A stretch of DNA of 43,091 nt from an uncultured Acidimicrobiia bacterium (GTDB taxonomy: Bacteria; Actinomycetota; Acidimicrobiia; Spongiisociales; UBA11373), in the NCBI GenBank assembly GCA_964548475.1, contig CAZJRF010000001.1, positions 1 through 43,091 on the forward strand, in the 5' to 3' direction. The translations under genes were made by a program, and so were the position numbers. The notes below the pieces were generated by a model. That model did no database searches. It was not told the DNA's origin and saw nothing but the letters and a program-made list of their open reading frames with translations. How positions within the stretch are numbered: the stretch's first letter is position 1; the number at the start of each line of letters is the position of its first letter. This document shows, in pieces, positions 34,060-43,091 of the stretch.

Positions 34060-34882
34060 GCTGCCCGAGGTCGAACTCACCCGACGCCATCTGGAGCCGG
34101 TGCTGTGCGGGAGCCGGATCGAGCGGGTGACGGTGCGCCGCGAGCGGGTGGTGCGGGGGCAGCCGGCCGCGGGAGACTTCACTTCCCGGCTGCAGGGGAG
34201 GCAGGTGCGGGGCCTGGCCCGGCGGGGGAAGTACCTGCTCGCCGACGTGGGCGACGGCCTGACCTGGCTGACCCACCTGGGGATGTCGGGCCGGGTGTCG
34301 CTGGCCGCCCCGGGCTCACCGGAGGTCCGCCACACCTCCTATGTGGTGAGACTTGTGGGCGGGCCCGAGGTGCGTCTCATCGACCCCCGCACCTTCGGGC
34401 AGACGGCGGTCCTCACCCGGGCCGAGCTGGCCGCCGCCGGACCGTCCCGTCTGGGTCCCGACGCCCTCGAAGAGCTGCCCTCGACGCGCTGGCTCACCGA
34501 GCGCCTGGCCGGGCGGAGGGCTCCCATCAAGGTGTTGCTGCTGGACCAGCGGCTGCTGGCCGGCCTGGGGAACATCTATGCCGACGAGGTGCTCTACCGG
34601 GCCCGGCTTCGCCCCGACCGTCCGGCCGGCTCCCTGGCCCGGCAAGAGGTCGCCGCGCTGCGCCGCTCGGTGCGACCGGTCCTCGAGGCCGGTCTTCGTT
34701 ACGGGGGAACCAGTCTGGCCGACCTGGCCTACCTGCTCCCCGACGGGCGCACCGGCCAGTTCCTGCCCCGCCTGCGCGCCTACGGCCGGGCGGGACGGCC
34801 CTGCCGGCGCTGCAAGACGGAGATCGTGCGCATCGTCCAGCAGGGGCGCAGCGCCTACTTCTGCCCCAGGTGCCAACAGTGA
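34052..34882 (+). CDS. mutM: formamidopyrimidine-DNA glycosylase
   Basis: MPELPEVE N-terminus (catalytic Pro2/Glu3), LLDQRLLAGLGNIYADEVL (H2TH), C-terminal zinc finger CRRCKTEI...YFCPRCQ. It overlaps the rnc 3' end by 8 nt. Confidence 0.93.
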   Translation: MPELPEVELTRRHLEPVLCGSRIERVTVRRERVVRGQPAAGDFTSRLQGRQVRGLARRGKYLLADVGDGLTWLTHLGMSGRVSLAAPGSPEVRHTSYVVRLVGGPEVRLIDPRTFGQTAVLTRAELAAAGPSRLGPDALEELPSTRWLTERLAGRRAPIKVLLLDQRLLAGLGNIYADEVLYRARLRPDRPAGSLARQEVAALRRSVRPVLEAGLRYGGTSLADLAYLLPDGRTGQFLPRLRAYGRAGRPCRRCKTEIVRIVQQGRSAYFCPRCQQ

Positions 34883-35178
34883 GGGGCCGGGACGGGGAGG
34901 GCCCGCCGACCGCCCGGCGCATCCTGGTGGAGGGGCGGGTGCAGGGAGTGGGGTTCCGCTACTCGACGATGGCTCGCGCCGGCCTCCTGGGGGTGGACGG
35001 CTGGGCCCGCAACCTGGCCGACGGCCGGGTGGAGGTCCACGCCCAGGGGGAGCGGGGGGCGGTGGCGGAGCTGGTGGATTGGCTGTCGCTGGGCCCCCCG
35101 GCGGCCCGGGTGACCTCGCTGGAGGAGCAACCCGCCGCCGTGGACCCGGGCCTGGCCGGCTTCGTCATCCGGGGGTGA
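34879..35178 (+). CDS. acyP: acylphosphatase
   Basis: VEGRVQGVGFRYST...GWARNLADGRVEVHAQGE is the acylphosphatase signature. GTG 34879 overlaps the mutM TGA as GTGA. Confidence 0.88.
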   Translation: MRGRDGEGPPTARRILVEGRVQGVGFRYSTMARAGLLGVDGWARNLADGRVEVHAQGERGAVAELVDWLSLGPPAARVTSLEEQPAAVDPGLAGFVIRG

Positions 35179-35220
35179 ATCCCAGGCGTGTGATTCGCCG
35201 GTGATAGCCTGACAGGGCCC

Positions 35221-38200
35221 TTGCACCTGAAGACTCTCACCCTCGTCGGCTTCAAGTCGTTCGCCGACCGGACCCGCCTGGAGTGCGAGCCCGGGATCAC
35301 AGTTGTGGTCGGGCCCAACGGGACCGGCAAGTCCAACCTGGTGGACGCGCTGGCCTGGGTCATGGGCACCCAGGCGACCAGTGTGCTGCGCACCCAGCGG
35401 ATGGACGACGTCATCTTCGCCGGCACCGCCACCCGGCCGGCCCTGGGGCGGGCCGAGGTCTCCCTCACCTTCGACAACGGCGACGGCCGGCTGCCGCTGG
35501 ACGTGCCCGAGGTCACCATCACCCGGCGCCTGTACCGGGACGGCACCTCGGAGTACGCCATCAACGGCGCCGACTGCCGCCTGCTCGACATCCAGGAGCT
35601 GCTTTCCGACAGCGGGGTGGGGAGGCACCAGCACGTGATCGTCGGGCAGGGCCGGGTGGACACCGTGCTCAACGCCGCTCCCGAGCAGCACCGTTCGGTC
35701 ATCGAGGAAGCCGCCGGGGTCACCAAGCACCGCCACCGGCGCGAGCGGTCGTTGCGCCGCCTGGAGGCCACCGAAGTGGATGTGGCACGGCTGCAGGACC
35801 TGCTCGGCGAGCAGCAGCGGCGCATGGGCCCGCTGCGACGCCAGGCGCGAGCCGCCGAGCGTCACGAGGCTCTGCGTACCGAGTGGCGGGCGCTGCGCCT
35901 GTGGGTGGGGGGTGAGCACCTCCGGCTGGTGCGGGGCCGGCTGGAGGAGCTGGCGGGGGAGGAGCACCGGCTGCGCGATCGACTCGACGCGGCCTTTGCG
36001 GAGCGACAGCAGGCGGCGGAGGAGGCCGCCGGACTGGAGCAGGCGGCGAGCTCCACGGCCCGGTCACTGGAGCGCGACACGGCGGCGGCCGCCCGCTTGG
36101 AAACCGTGTCCGAGCGCCTGCAGCGCATTGCGGCCGTGGCCCGGGAACGGCGCTCGGCTCTGGAGGGACGCCTCGAAGGAGCCGGCCAACGGCGCCGGGA
36201 TCTCGAGGAGGAGAGGGCCGATCTGCGGGTGCGCATCGCCGCCGCCGCTGAGGAGGAGCGGGCGGCACGAGTGGGCGCAGAGCGCCACGAGGCCTCCCGC
36301 CGGGCCTTGGAGGACGAGGAGCGCTCCCTGGCCGAACAGGGGCGCCTCCCCGCCGAGGGGGTGGTCGCCACCCTGCGCGGCGACCTGGCTGCGCTCGAAG
36401 CCGCCGCCCAGCGTGATGAGGGGGAATCAATGGCTCTCGAGGAGCGGCGAGCGCTGGTGACGGCGCAGGTGGAGGCCGCTGCCCGGGAGGTGGAGGCACG
36501 GCGGGCGGAAGAGCATGAGGAGAGCGAGGCCCTGGGGCCGGCCGCGGAAGCCCACCGGCGGGCCGCAGCCGCTTCGGCAGGGGCGGCCGCCACCCTGGAG
36601 GAAGCGCGTCTCGCCTTGACCGACGCTCACCTTGCCGAGGCCGCCGCCCGGGCCCGGGTGGAGGCCTTGGAGGCCGCCGCCGCCGGGCTGGGGGACCCGG
36701 AGGCGCGGCGGCAAGCCCTCGCTCTGGAGGGGGTGGTCGGCCCGCTGTTGGCTCGGCTCGACGTCCCTGGCCCGCTGGCGGCGGCGGTGGACGCCGCCCT
36801 CGGCGGCTGGGGCAAGGCGCTGGCCGTCTCGGGCCCGGCTGCTCTGGCCGCCGCGGTGTCGGCGGTGAAGTCGGCCGGCCGGGGCAGCGTGGCGTTCACC
36901 GCGGCACCGGCGGAGGCCGGAACGCCGGCCCGCGCCGCCGCGGCGGCGGCAGGCGTCGAGGCCCTGGTGGATCTGCTCGGTCCGGGCGCCGATCGGGCGC
37001 TGGGCGCTGCCCTGCTCGGCGACGTGGTGTTGGTGGAAGGGTGGTCTTCGGCCTGGGCGCTGGTGCAACGCCACCCGGGGCTGCGGGCAGTCACCCCGGA
37101 GGGTGATCTCGTGACCTCGTTCGGGGTGTGGGCCTGCCAGCCCGACGGGGCGGGCGCGGCGGCGCTCGAAGGGGCTCGGGTCGATCTGGAACGGGCGCGA
37201 GTCGAGGCTGCCCGCGCCTCCAGCCGGCACAACGCCGCCCGCCGTGGGGCGGAGGTGGCGGCGGAAGCAGAGTCGGCGGCGGCAGATGGGGCTGCTGCGC
37301 TCGAAGGCCGGCGGGCGGGGGCGTCCACCGCGCGGGAGGCCGCCGAACGGGCGCTGGCCGACGGCGGAGCCGAGGTGGCCCGTCTGGACGCCCGCCGGGC
37401 GGCGCTGGCCGAGGCGGCCCGCAACCGGGCCGAACGTCTTGCCTTGCTCCACCCGCAGATCGCCAGCTTCCAGGGCGAGGAGGCGGCCCGCCAGGCGGCC
37501 TGGGAGGCGCTGGCCCGCCGGCGTGAGGATGTGGCCGCCCGGCGCGAGGCGGCCCGCCGCTCCGGCGAGGCGGCCGCCGCTTTGCTGGCAACGGCCGTCG
37601 AGCGCCGCCGTCTCCTGGAGCGCCGGCTCGACGAGGTTCACCGTCTCATCGAGGATCTCACGTCCGACCGGGTGGAGCCCGGGGAGGTGGAGCGGCTGGC
37701 CGGTATCGAGGAGCGCGCGCGGCGCGGCCTGGAGACCGCCCGCCGCCACCTCGAGCTGCTCCGGGGGCGCCAGCGCGAGTGGCGGGAGCAGGCTGTCGAA
37801 CAGGGGCGGCGGCTCGAGGAGGCTCGAACGCGGCGCGACGACCTGGACCAGGTGCTTGCGGCCAACCGGGAGAGGATGGGAGAGGTGGCGGTGGAGGCGG
37901 CCGAGCTGCGGGTGCGCGAAGAAACGGCGGCCGAAGGACTGCGGCGGGATGTGGATGCCGCCGAGGAGGAGGCCCTGGCTGCCCCCCGGCCGGAGGTGCC
38001 CGCGGGCGTCACTCCCGAGGCCCACCTCGCGTCGCTGGAGGCGGAGGTGCGCCGCCTCGGACCGGTCAACCCGCTGGCGGCCGCGGAGTATCGGGAGCTG
38101 GCCGAGCGGGCCGCGTTCCTCGAGGGCCAGTTGGCCGACCTGGAGGGCTCCCGGCGCGAGCTGCGCAAGCTGATCGCCACTCTCGACGAGGAGATCGCCC

Positions 38201-38682
38201 GCCTGTTCCGCGCCGCCTTTGACGACATCGGCCGGCGCTTTGAGGAGAACGTGTCGATGCTCTTCCCCGGGGGCCGGGGCCGGCTCTTGCTCACCGACGG
38301 CGACGACCCCCTGGGCGGCGGCGTCGACATCCACGTTCAGCCCATGGGGAAGAGGATCTCCCGCATGAGCATGCTCTCCGGCGGAGAGCGGTCGCTGGCG
38401 GCCCTGGCGTTCCTCTTTGCGGTGTTCCGGGCCCGGCCCAGCCCCTTCTACGTGCTCGACGAGGTGGAGGCCGCCCTCGACGACACCAACCTGCGCCGCT
38501 TCCTCCGCCTGGTCGGGTCTCTGCGCGACTCATCCCAGCTGGTCATCATCACCCACCAGCAGCAGACCATGGAAGCAGCCGACATCCTGTACGGGGTCAC
38601 CATGGAGCCGGGCGAGTCGTCACGGGTGCTGGCCAAGCGGCTGGTGAGGAGCGCACAGGCCGCCCCGCGCTCTAACGTCTAG
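35221..38682 (+). CDS. smc: chromosome segregation protein SMC
   Basis: An 1153-aa product. The N-terminus has FKSFADRT...VVGPNGTGKSNLVDAL. Long Ala/Glu/Arg coiled coils flank a hinge. The C-terminus has LSGGERSLAALAFLFAVF...FYVLDEVEAALD. The start codon is TTG. Confidence 0.95.
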   Translation: MHLKTLTLVGFKSFADRTRLECEPGITVVVGPNGTGKSNLVDALAWVMGTQATSVLRTQRMDDVIFAGTATRPALGRAEVSLTFDNGDGRLPLDVPEVTITRRLYRDGTSEYAINGADCRLLDIQELLSDSGVGRHQHVIVGQGRVDTVLNAAPEQHRSVIEEAAGVTKHRHRRERSLRRLEATEVDVARLQDLLGEQQRRMGPLRRQARAAERHEALRTEWRALRLWVGGEHLRLVRGRLEELAGEEHRLRDRLDAAFAERQQAAEEAAGLEQAASSTARSLERDTAAAARLETVSERLQRIAAVARERRSALEGRLEGAGQRRRDLEEERADLRVRIAAAAEEERAARVGAERHEASRRALEDEERSLAEQGRLPAEGVVATLRGDLAALEAAAQRDEGESMALEERRALVTAQVEAAAREVEARRAEEHEESEALGPAAEAHRRAAAASAGAAATLEEARLALTDAHLAEAAARARVEALEAAAAGLGDPEARRQALALEGVVGPLLARLDVPGPLAAAVDAALGGWGKALAVSGPAALAAAVSAVKSAGRGSVAFTAAPAEAGTPARAAAAAAGVEALVDLLGPGADRALGAALLGDVVLVEGWSSAWALVQRHPGLRAVTPEGDLVTSFGVWACQPDGAGAAALEGARVDLERARVEAARASSRHNAARRGAEVAAEAESAAADGAAALEGRRAGASTAREAAERALADGGAEVARLDARRAALAEAARNRAERLALLHPQIASFQGEEAARQAAWEALARRREDVAARREAARRSGEAAAALLATAVERRRLLERRLDEVHRLIEDLTSDRVEPGEVERLAGIEERARRGLETARRHLELLRGRQREWREQAVEQGRRLEEARTRRDDLDQVLAANRERMGEVAVEAAELRVREETAAEGLRRDVDAAEEEALAAPRPEVPAGVTPEAHLASLEAEVRRLGPVNPLAAAEYRELAERAAFLEGQLADLEGSRRELRKLIATLDEEIARLFRAAFDDIGRRFEENVSMLFPGGRGRLLLTDGDDPLGGGVDIHVQPMGKRISRMSMLSGGERSLAALAFLFAVFRARPSPFYVLDEVEAALDDTNLRRFLRLVGSLRDSSQLVIITHQQQTMEAADILYGVTMEPGESSRVLAKRLVRSAQAAPRSNV

Positions 38683-38704
38683 GGCCGCTCGCACAGGAGG
38701 GCGG

Positions 38705-39712
38705 TTGCTGTACGTAATCATCGCTGTGGTTGTGGTCGCGGCGATCCTCGCCGGGCTCGCGGTCTGGCTGCTGCGGCGCCGGCCGCGAAGCACGGATGTC
38801 CGCCGGGATGCTCCCACCGTGGCGGCTCCGATCCGCATTGAGGGGGGCCTGGCGCGCACGCGGCGCGCGCTCGGCGAGCGGCTCGGCGGTCTGCTGGGCC
38901 ATGAGATCGACGCGGGGTTCTGGACCGGGCTCGAGGAGGCGCTGCTCGCCGCCGACGTGGGGGTGGCGGCGTCGGTCGAGATCGTGCAGAGAGTGCGAGC
39001 CGCGGACCCCCGGGACGCCGCCGCCGCCCGCGCCCTGCTGCGCGATGAGCTGGTGGGCGCCTTCTCCGGGCGCGACCGTTCCCTGGCCCTGTCCGGCGAC
39101 CCGGCGGTGGTGATAGTGGTCGGGGTGAATGGGTCGGGGAAGACCACCACCATCGCCAAGCTGGCGGTCCTGCTGGAGAGGCGCGGCCTGCCCACTCTGT
39201 TGGCCGCCGCCGACACTTTTCGGGCGGCGGCCGCCGAGCAGCTGGCGGTGTGGGCGGGCCGTCTGGGGGTGGACATCGTCACCGGCCAGCCGGGCGGCGA
39301 TCCGGCGGCGGTGGCTTTCGACGCTTTGCGGGCGGCTTGCGCCCGGGGCAAGCGGGTGCTGGTGGTGGACACCGCCGGGCGCCTGCACTCCAAGCACAAC
39401 CTGATGCAGGAGCTGGGCAAGGTGGTGCGGGTCCTGGCTCGCGAGGCCGGTGAGGTGGGGGAAGTGCTGCTGGTGCTCGATGGGACGACCGGGCAGAATG
39501 CCCTCGCCCAGGCCCGGTCCTTCACCGAAGCGGTGGGGGTGACCGGGATCGCCCTCACCAAGCTGGACGGCACCGCCCGGGGCGGCATCGCCGTCGCCGT
39601 CGAGCAGGAGCTCGGCATCCCCATCAAACTGATCGGCGTCGGGGAACAGGTCGAGGACCTGTTGCCGTTCGACCCCGGGGCCTTCGTCGACGCACTGCTG
39701 GGAGGATCATGA
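38705..39712 (+). CDS. ftsY: signal recognition particle receptor FtsY (short N-terminal TM anchor form)
   Basis: VVGVNGSGKTTTIAKLA, DTFRAAAAEQL, DTAGRLH, LTKLDGTARGG. TTG 38705 follows AGGAGGG. The N-terminus is hydrophobic (YVIIAVVVVAAILAGLAVWLL). Confidence 0.95.
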   Translation: MLYVIIAVVVVAAILAGLAVWLLRRRPRSTDVRRDAPTVAAPIRIEGGLARTRRALGERLGGLLGHEIDAGFWTGLEEALLAADVGVAASVEIVQRVRAADPRDAAAARALLRDELVGAFSGRDRSLALSGDPAVVIVVGVNGSGKTTTIAKLAVLLERRGLPTLLAAADTFRAAAAEQLAVWAGRLGVDIVTGQPGGDPAAVAFDALRAACARGKRVLVVDTAGRLHSKHNLMQELGKVVRVLAREAGEVGEVLLVLDGTTGQNALAQARSFTEAVGVTGIALTKLDGTARGGIAVAVEQELGIPIKLIGVGEQVEDLLPFDPGAFVDALLGGS

Positions 39713-40104
39713 GCGCCGAGGAACCAAGTGTGGAAGAACTGATCGCCGAGGCCCGGTCGGCCGCCGCCAATGCCTACGCCCCCTATTCGCACTTCCGGGT
39801 GGGGGCGGTGGTCGTCGACGAGGACGGCAACCGCTACACCGGGGCCAACGTGGAGAACGCCGCCTACGGGTCCACCATCTGTGCGGAGGGGTCGGCCATC
39901 TCCCGGGCGGTGTCGGCGGGGGCCCGCCGCCTCGACACGGTGGCGGTGTCCTGCCTGGACACCGAGGAGGCGGGCTATCCCTGCGGCAATTGCCGCCAGC
40001 TCATGGCTGAGTTCGGGGTCCGCCGGGTGCTGGTCGATGCTCCCGGGGGACCGCGGGAGCACACCCTGGCCGAGTTGCTCCCCTTCGGCTTCCGGATCCA
40101 CTGA
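39709..40104 (+). CDS. cdd: cytidine deaminase
   Basis: [14 protein letters not shown]...[18 protein letters not shown]...[12 protein letters not shown] (zinc-ligand C-A-E and PCGxCRQ motifs). The ATG overlaps the ftsY TGA as ATGA. Confidence 0.92.
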   Translation: MSAEEPSVEELIAEARSAAANAYAPYSHFRVGAVVVDEDGNRYTGANVENAAYGSTICAEGSAISRAVSAGARRLDTVAVSCLDTEEAGYPCGNCRQLMAEFGVRRVLVDAPGGPREHTLAELLPFGFRIH

Positions 40105-40143
40105 CAGGAGCGGGCTTATGCGGGCCGGGACTTCCCCAATGAG

Positions 40144-40171
40144 GGACGCCCGGCCGAGGGGCCGGGCGTCC
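40144..40171. terminator. perfect 12-bp GC hairpin between convergent cdd and etfA (bidirectional terminator candidate)
   Basis: GGACGCCCGGCC (40144-40155), loop GAGG, GGCCGGGCGTCC (40160-40171). It sits in the 90-nt convergent spacer. There is no clear U-tract on either side. Confidence 0.55.
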
Positions 40172-40194
40172 GAGGAAGGGCGGCTGGTCCGATC

Positions 40195-41151
40195 TCAGCC
40201 GCGAGCCTTGATCGCCTCCACCAGCTTGGGGACCACCTTGTGCAGGTCGCCGACGATGCCGAGGTCGGCCACCCGGAAGATGGGGGCCTCCTCGTCCTTG
40301 TTGACGGCGATGATGGTGCCCGAGTCCTTCATGCCCACCAGGTGCTGCATGGCGCCGCTCACCCCGGCGGCGATGTAGACGCTGGGGCGCACGGTCTTGC
40401 CGGTCTGGCCGACCTGGGTGTTGTAGGGCAGCCAGGCCGCGTCGACGACCGCCCGGGTGCCCCCCAGGGCGGCGTTCAGCAAGGAGGCCAGCTCCTGCAG
40501 GGGCGCCATCTTCTCGGCCCCGCCCACCCCCCGGCCGGCGGTGACCACGATGGACGCCTTCTCCAGGTCGGGCCCTTCGGAGACTTCGACGTGGCGGTCC
40601 AGCACCGCCGCCTCACCGGAGTGGCCCACGTCGGGCAGCGCAACCGGAACGACTTCGGGGGCGAAGGGGTTCCCCGCTTCGGCGGCGAACGACTTGGGCC
40701 GGACGATGGCCAGCCACGGCTTGGGGCCGCGATAGGCGGTGTCGATCAGGGTGGTCCCCCCCAGGATCTCGGTGATCACCTGCACCGAGTTGTCGGACGC
40801 CACGATCTCCACCGCGTTGGCCAGCACCGGGCGATCGAGCCGGGCACTAAGACGGCCGGCCACGTCGCGATCGGTGAAGGTCACCCCGAACATCAGCAGG
40901 TCGGGATGGTGCTCTTCCACTAGCCCGGCGATGGCGGCGGCCGTCCCGGCGGTGGCCAGGGTTTCGCCGGGAGTGAGGTGGAAAACCCGGGTGGCCCCAT
41001 GGGCCCCCAGCGTGGCGAAGGCCTCCTCGGATCCGGCCCCCAGGTAGATCGCCGCCAGGTCGCCCCCGAAGGTGCGTGCCTTGCTGAGCATCTCCAGGGC
41101 GAGGCTGGCAGGGCCGCCCTCGATTTCTTCTGCGAATACCCAGGTCTGCAT
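40195..41151 (-). CDS. etfA: electron transfer flavoprotein subunit alpha
   Basis: The C-terminal FAD-binding region has VVTAGRGVG..., [19 protein letters not shown] and [13 protein letters not shown]. The start directly abuts the etfB stop. Confidence 0.93.
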   Translation of the reverse strand: MQTWVFAEEIEGGPASLALEMLSKARTFGGDLAAIYLGAGSEEAFATLGAHGATRVFHLTPGETLATAGTAAAIAGLVEEHHPDLLMFGVTFTDRDVAGRLSARLDRPVLANAVEIVASDNSVQVITEILGGTTLIDTAYRGPKPWLAIVRPKSFAAEAGNPFAPEVVPVALPDVGHSGEAAVLDRHVEVSEGPDLEKASIVVTAGRGVGGAEKMAPLQELASLLNAALGGTRAVVDAAWLPYNTQVGQTGKTVRPSVYIAAGVSGAMQHLVGMKDSGTIIAVNKDEEAPIFRVADLGIVGDLHKVVPKLVEAIKARG

Positions 41152-41928
41152 CTAGATCACCTTCACCTGCTCGAGGAGCTTGACGATCTCCAGGTGAGCC
41201 TCACCTTCGTCCACCACCTTGCGCCCGGCCGTCCGCTCGGGGGCGGCCCGAACGCCGACGATCTCCTGGGCGGATGCGCCCTGTCCCACCTGATCCGGGC
41301 CGAAGCCCAGGTCGGCGGCAGTAGGCTGCTCCACCGGCTTGGTCTTGGCGGCCATGATGCCTTTGAACGTGGGGTAGCGGGGCTCTACCACCCCGGAGGT
41401 CACCGACAGCAGCACCGGCAAAGAGGATTCGACCACCTCGTAGCCGTTGGCGGTCAAGCGCTCGATGCGGATCTTGCCGTCGGCATGGGTCACCTTGCGT
41501 GCGAAGGTGAGGGAGGGCATGCCCAGCATCTCGGCCATCTGCTGGGGGACCACCCCCGTGTAGCCGTCGGTGGACTCGGTGCCGGTGATCACCAGGTCGG
41601 GTTCTTCTTTGCGGAGCACCGCCGCCAGCACCTTGGCGGTGACCAGCGCCGCCGACCCGCGCAGGGCCGGGTCGTTGACGATCACCGCGCGATGGGCCCC
41701 CATGGCCAGGGCCTGGCGGATGCCCTGCAGGTTGCCGGCCGGGCACATGGAAACCAGGGTCACCGTGCTTTCGGTGCCTTCGGCCAACTGCAGGGCTATT
41801 TCGACTCCGTAACGGTCGGTATCGTCGAGGACCTGATCCTGCGGCCGCTCGACGAAATGGGTCTCCGGATCCAACGCGTAGGGCGTGTTGGGATCCGGTA
41901 TCTGCTTGACGCAGACCGCAATCTTCAT
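41152..41928 (-). CDS. etfB: electron transfer flavoprotein subunit beta
   Basis: MKIAVCVKQIPDP..., LVITGTESTDGYTGVVPQQMAEMLG. ATG 41928 follows GGGGAG. The track start at 41958 adds 10 residues. Confidence 0.93.
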   Translation of the reverse strand: MKIAVCVKQIPDPNTPYALDPETHFVERPQDQVLDDTDRYGVEIALQLAEGTESTVTLVSMCPAGNLQGIRQALAMGAHRAVIVNDPALRGSAALVTAKVLAAVLRKEEPDLVITGTESTDGYTGVVPQQMAEMLGMPSLTFARKVTHADGKIRIERLTANGYEVVESSLPVLLSVTSGVVEPRYPTFKGIMAAKTKPVEQPTAADLGFGPDQVGQGASAQEIVGVRAAPERTAGRKVVDEGEAHLEIVKLLEQVKVI

Positions 41929-42007
41929 GTCACTCCCCATGTGCGACAGCACCACCATCCTAGGGGAGCAGGGGCCCTGGTCCGCCGCCGACCGCCAATG
42001 GGTCGGG

Positions 42008-42832
42008 TCAGACGGCCAGCCCGGGGAGCAGGGCGTCCAGCAGGGCGGTGAAGCGCCGGCGGGCGGCCGCCCCGGTCTGCTGGACCTGCTCGTGGCTGAG
42101 GGGGAAGGGGGAGATGCCGGCGGCCAGGTTGGTCACCAGCGAGATGCCCAGCACCTGCCCGTCCATGTGGCGCACCGCGATGGCCTCGGGCACGGTGGAC
42201 ATGCCCACCAGGTCGGCGCCCAGGCGGCGGGCCATCTGCACCTCGGAGGGGGTCTCGAAGGAAGGGCCCAGGAACCAGGCGTAGACGCCCTCCTTGAGTT
42301 CCACCCCGGCCCGGTCGGCCGCCGCGTGAGCCTGCCGGCGCAGGTCGGCCGGGTAGACGGCGGACATGTCGGGGAAGCGGGGGCCGAGGCGGTCTTCGTT
42401 GGCTCCCACCAGGGGGTTTCGCCCCGCCAGGTTGATGTGGTCCCGGATGAGCACCAGGTCGCCGGGGGCCAGGCCTTCCCCGGCTCCCCCGGCCGCGTTG
42501 GTAAGAACCACGGTGCGGCAGCCGCAGAGGACGGCCGTGCGCACGGCGAAGACCACCTTGTCGAGCGGCCAGCCCTCGTAGGTGTGCACCCGGCCCGACA
42601 GCACCAGCACCGGCCGCCCTTCCGGCTCGGCGGAGTACAGGGTGCCGCCGTGCCCCTCCACCCGAGGGACGGGGAAACCGGGCAGGTCGGCGTAGGGCAC
42701 CGGGACCGCGCCGGGCAGGTCGGCCCCGTAATTGCCCAGCCCGGAGCCCAGGACCACCGCCACCGTGTGCTCCGGGCGGCCGGTGCGCTCCCGAACCAAC
42801 CCGGCCGCGGCTTCCAGTTCTTCGTAACTCAC
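42008..42832 (-). CDS. punA: purine nucleoside phosphorylase (trimeric PNP family)
   Basis: AVVLGSGLG, GHGGTLY, LSGRVHTYEG, VLTNAAGG, GPSFETPSE, VGMSTVPE. GTG 42832 overlaps the upstream gene's TGA as GTGA. Confidence 0.9.
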   Translation of the reverse strand: MSYEELEAAAGLVRERTGRPEHTVAVVLGSGLGNYGADLPGAVPVPYADLPGFPVPRVEGHGGTLYSAEPEGRPVLVLSGRVHTYEGWPLDKVVFAVRTAVLCGCRTVVLTNAAGGAGEGLAPGDLVLIRDHINLAGRNPLVGANEDRLGPRFPDMSAVYPADLRRQAHAAADRAGVELKEGVYAWFLGPSFETPSEVQMARRLGADLVGMSTVPEAIAVRHMDGQVLGISLVTNLAAGISPFPLSHEQVQQTGAAARRRFTALLDALLPGLAV

Positions 42833-43091
42833 GGCACCTCCCCGTGGATGAGCGGCGGCGGGTCGGCCGGTTCGTCGGTCACGACGAAGGCCCTCTCCAG
42901 CAGGGGCAGCGCCTGGTTGCGGCGGTCCGCCTCGGCCCAGGTGAGGGCGGCCAGAGGCTGGCCGGCCTCCACCCGGTCCCCGACCTTGGCGAGCACGGTG
43001 ATGCCCACCCCGGGGTCGATGGGATCCTCCTTGCGCTCCCGGCCTGCCCCCAGGCGCACGGCTGCCGCCCCGATGTCGAGCGCATCGACGC
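42829..43091 (-). CDS. deoA: thymidine/pyrimidine-nucleoside phosphorylase, C-terminal part (gene runs off the window)
   Basis: LGAGRERKEDPIDPGVGITVLAKVGDRVEAGQPLAAL is the conserved C-terminal domain of thymidine phosphorylase. The reading frame is open to the window edge. Confidence 0.85.
   Translation of the reverse strand, partial: VDALDIGAAAVRLGAGRERKEDPIDPGVGITVLAKVGDRVEAGQPLAALTWAEADRRNQALPLLERAFVVTDEPADPPPLIHGEVP

Overview
High-GC (about 70% by eye) bacterial chromosome segment. Gene content and synteny look actinobacterial, possibly Acidimicrobiia-like, but no marker here settles the taxon. I support about 45 protein genes, tightly packed, with eight 4-nt GTGA/ATGA stop-start overlaps. 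Most of the window is housekeeping. It holds infA, sufB, ychF and dtd; an AdnA/AdnB-type helicase-nuclease pair with two accessory genes; a CPA2 antiporter with two RCK-USP regulators; the conserved rpmB / yloV-recG-rsmD-coaD-...-yceD-rpmF-rnc-mutM-acyP-smc-ftsY-cdd block; etfBA; and punA-deoA. I saw no rRNA, tRNA or CRISPR array. Two regions are not ordinary. (1) An 829-nt gene-free gap (18899-19727) lies between a divergent MFS transporter and a bPH-SHOCT membrane protein. Its plus strand carries many GNRA/UUCG-capped hairpins and a near-consensus promoter (19363-19391). This suggests a long structured leader or a stand-alone ncRNA that I could not match to any family from memory. (2) A roughly 4-kb islet (21406-25404) is bracketed by an exact 15-nt direct repeat. 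It holds an N-terminally truncated Cas1-family ORF with a Zn-ribbon/HTH tail and no cas2 or array, a possible decayed gene fragment, an orphan LuxR-type response regulator, and a minimal flp-tadE-tadG pilin set with no secretion machinery. Lesser oddities are an archaeal-type class II GAPDH homologue, a histidine kinase with a degenerate ATP-binding domain, a solitary sufB, and a cold-shock-like mini-ORF coupled to rpmB. All family assignments come from reading motifs by eye. No database search was run.
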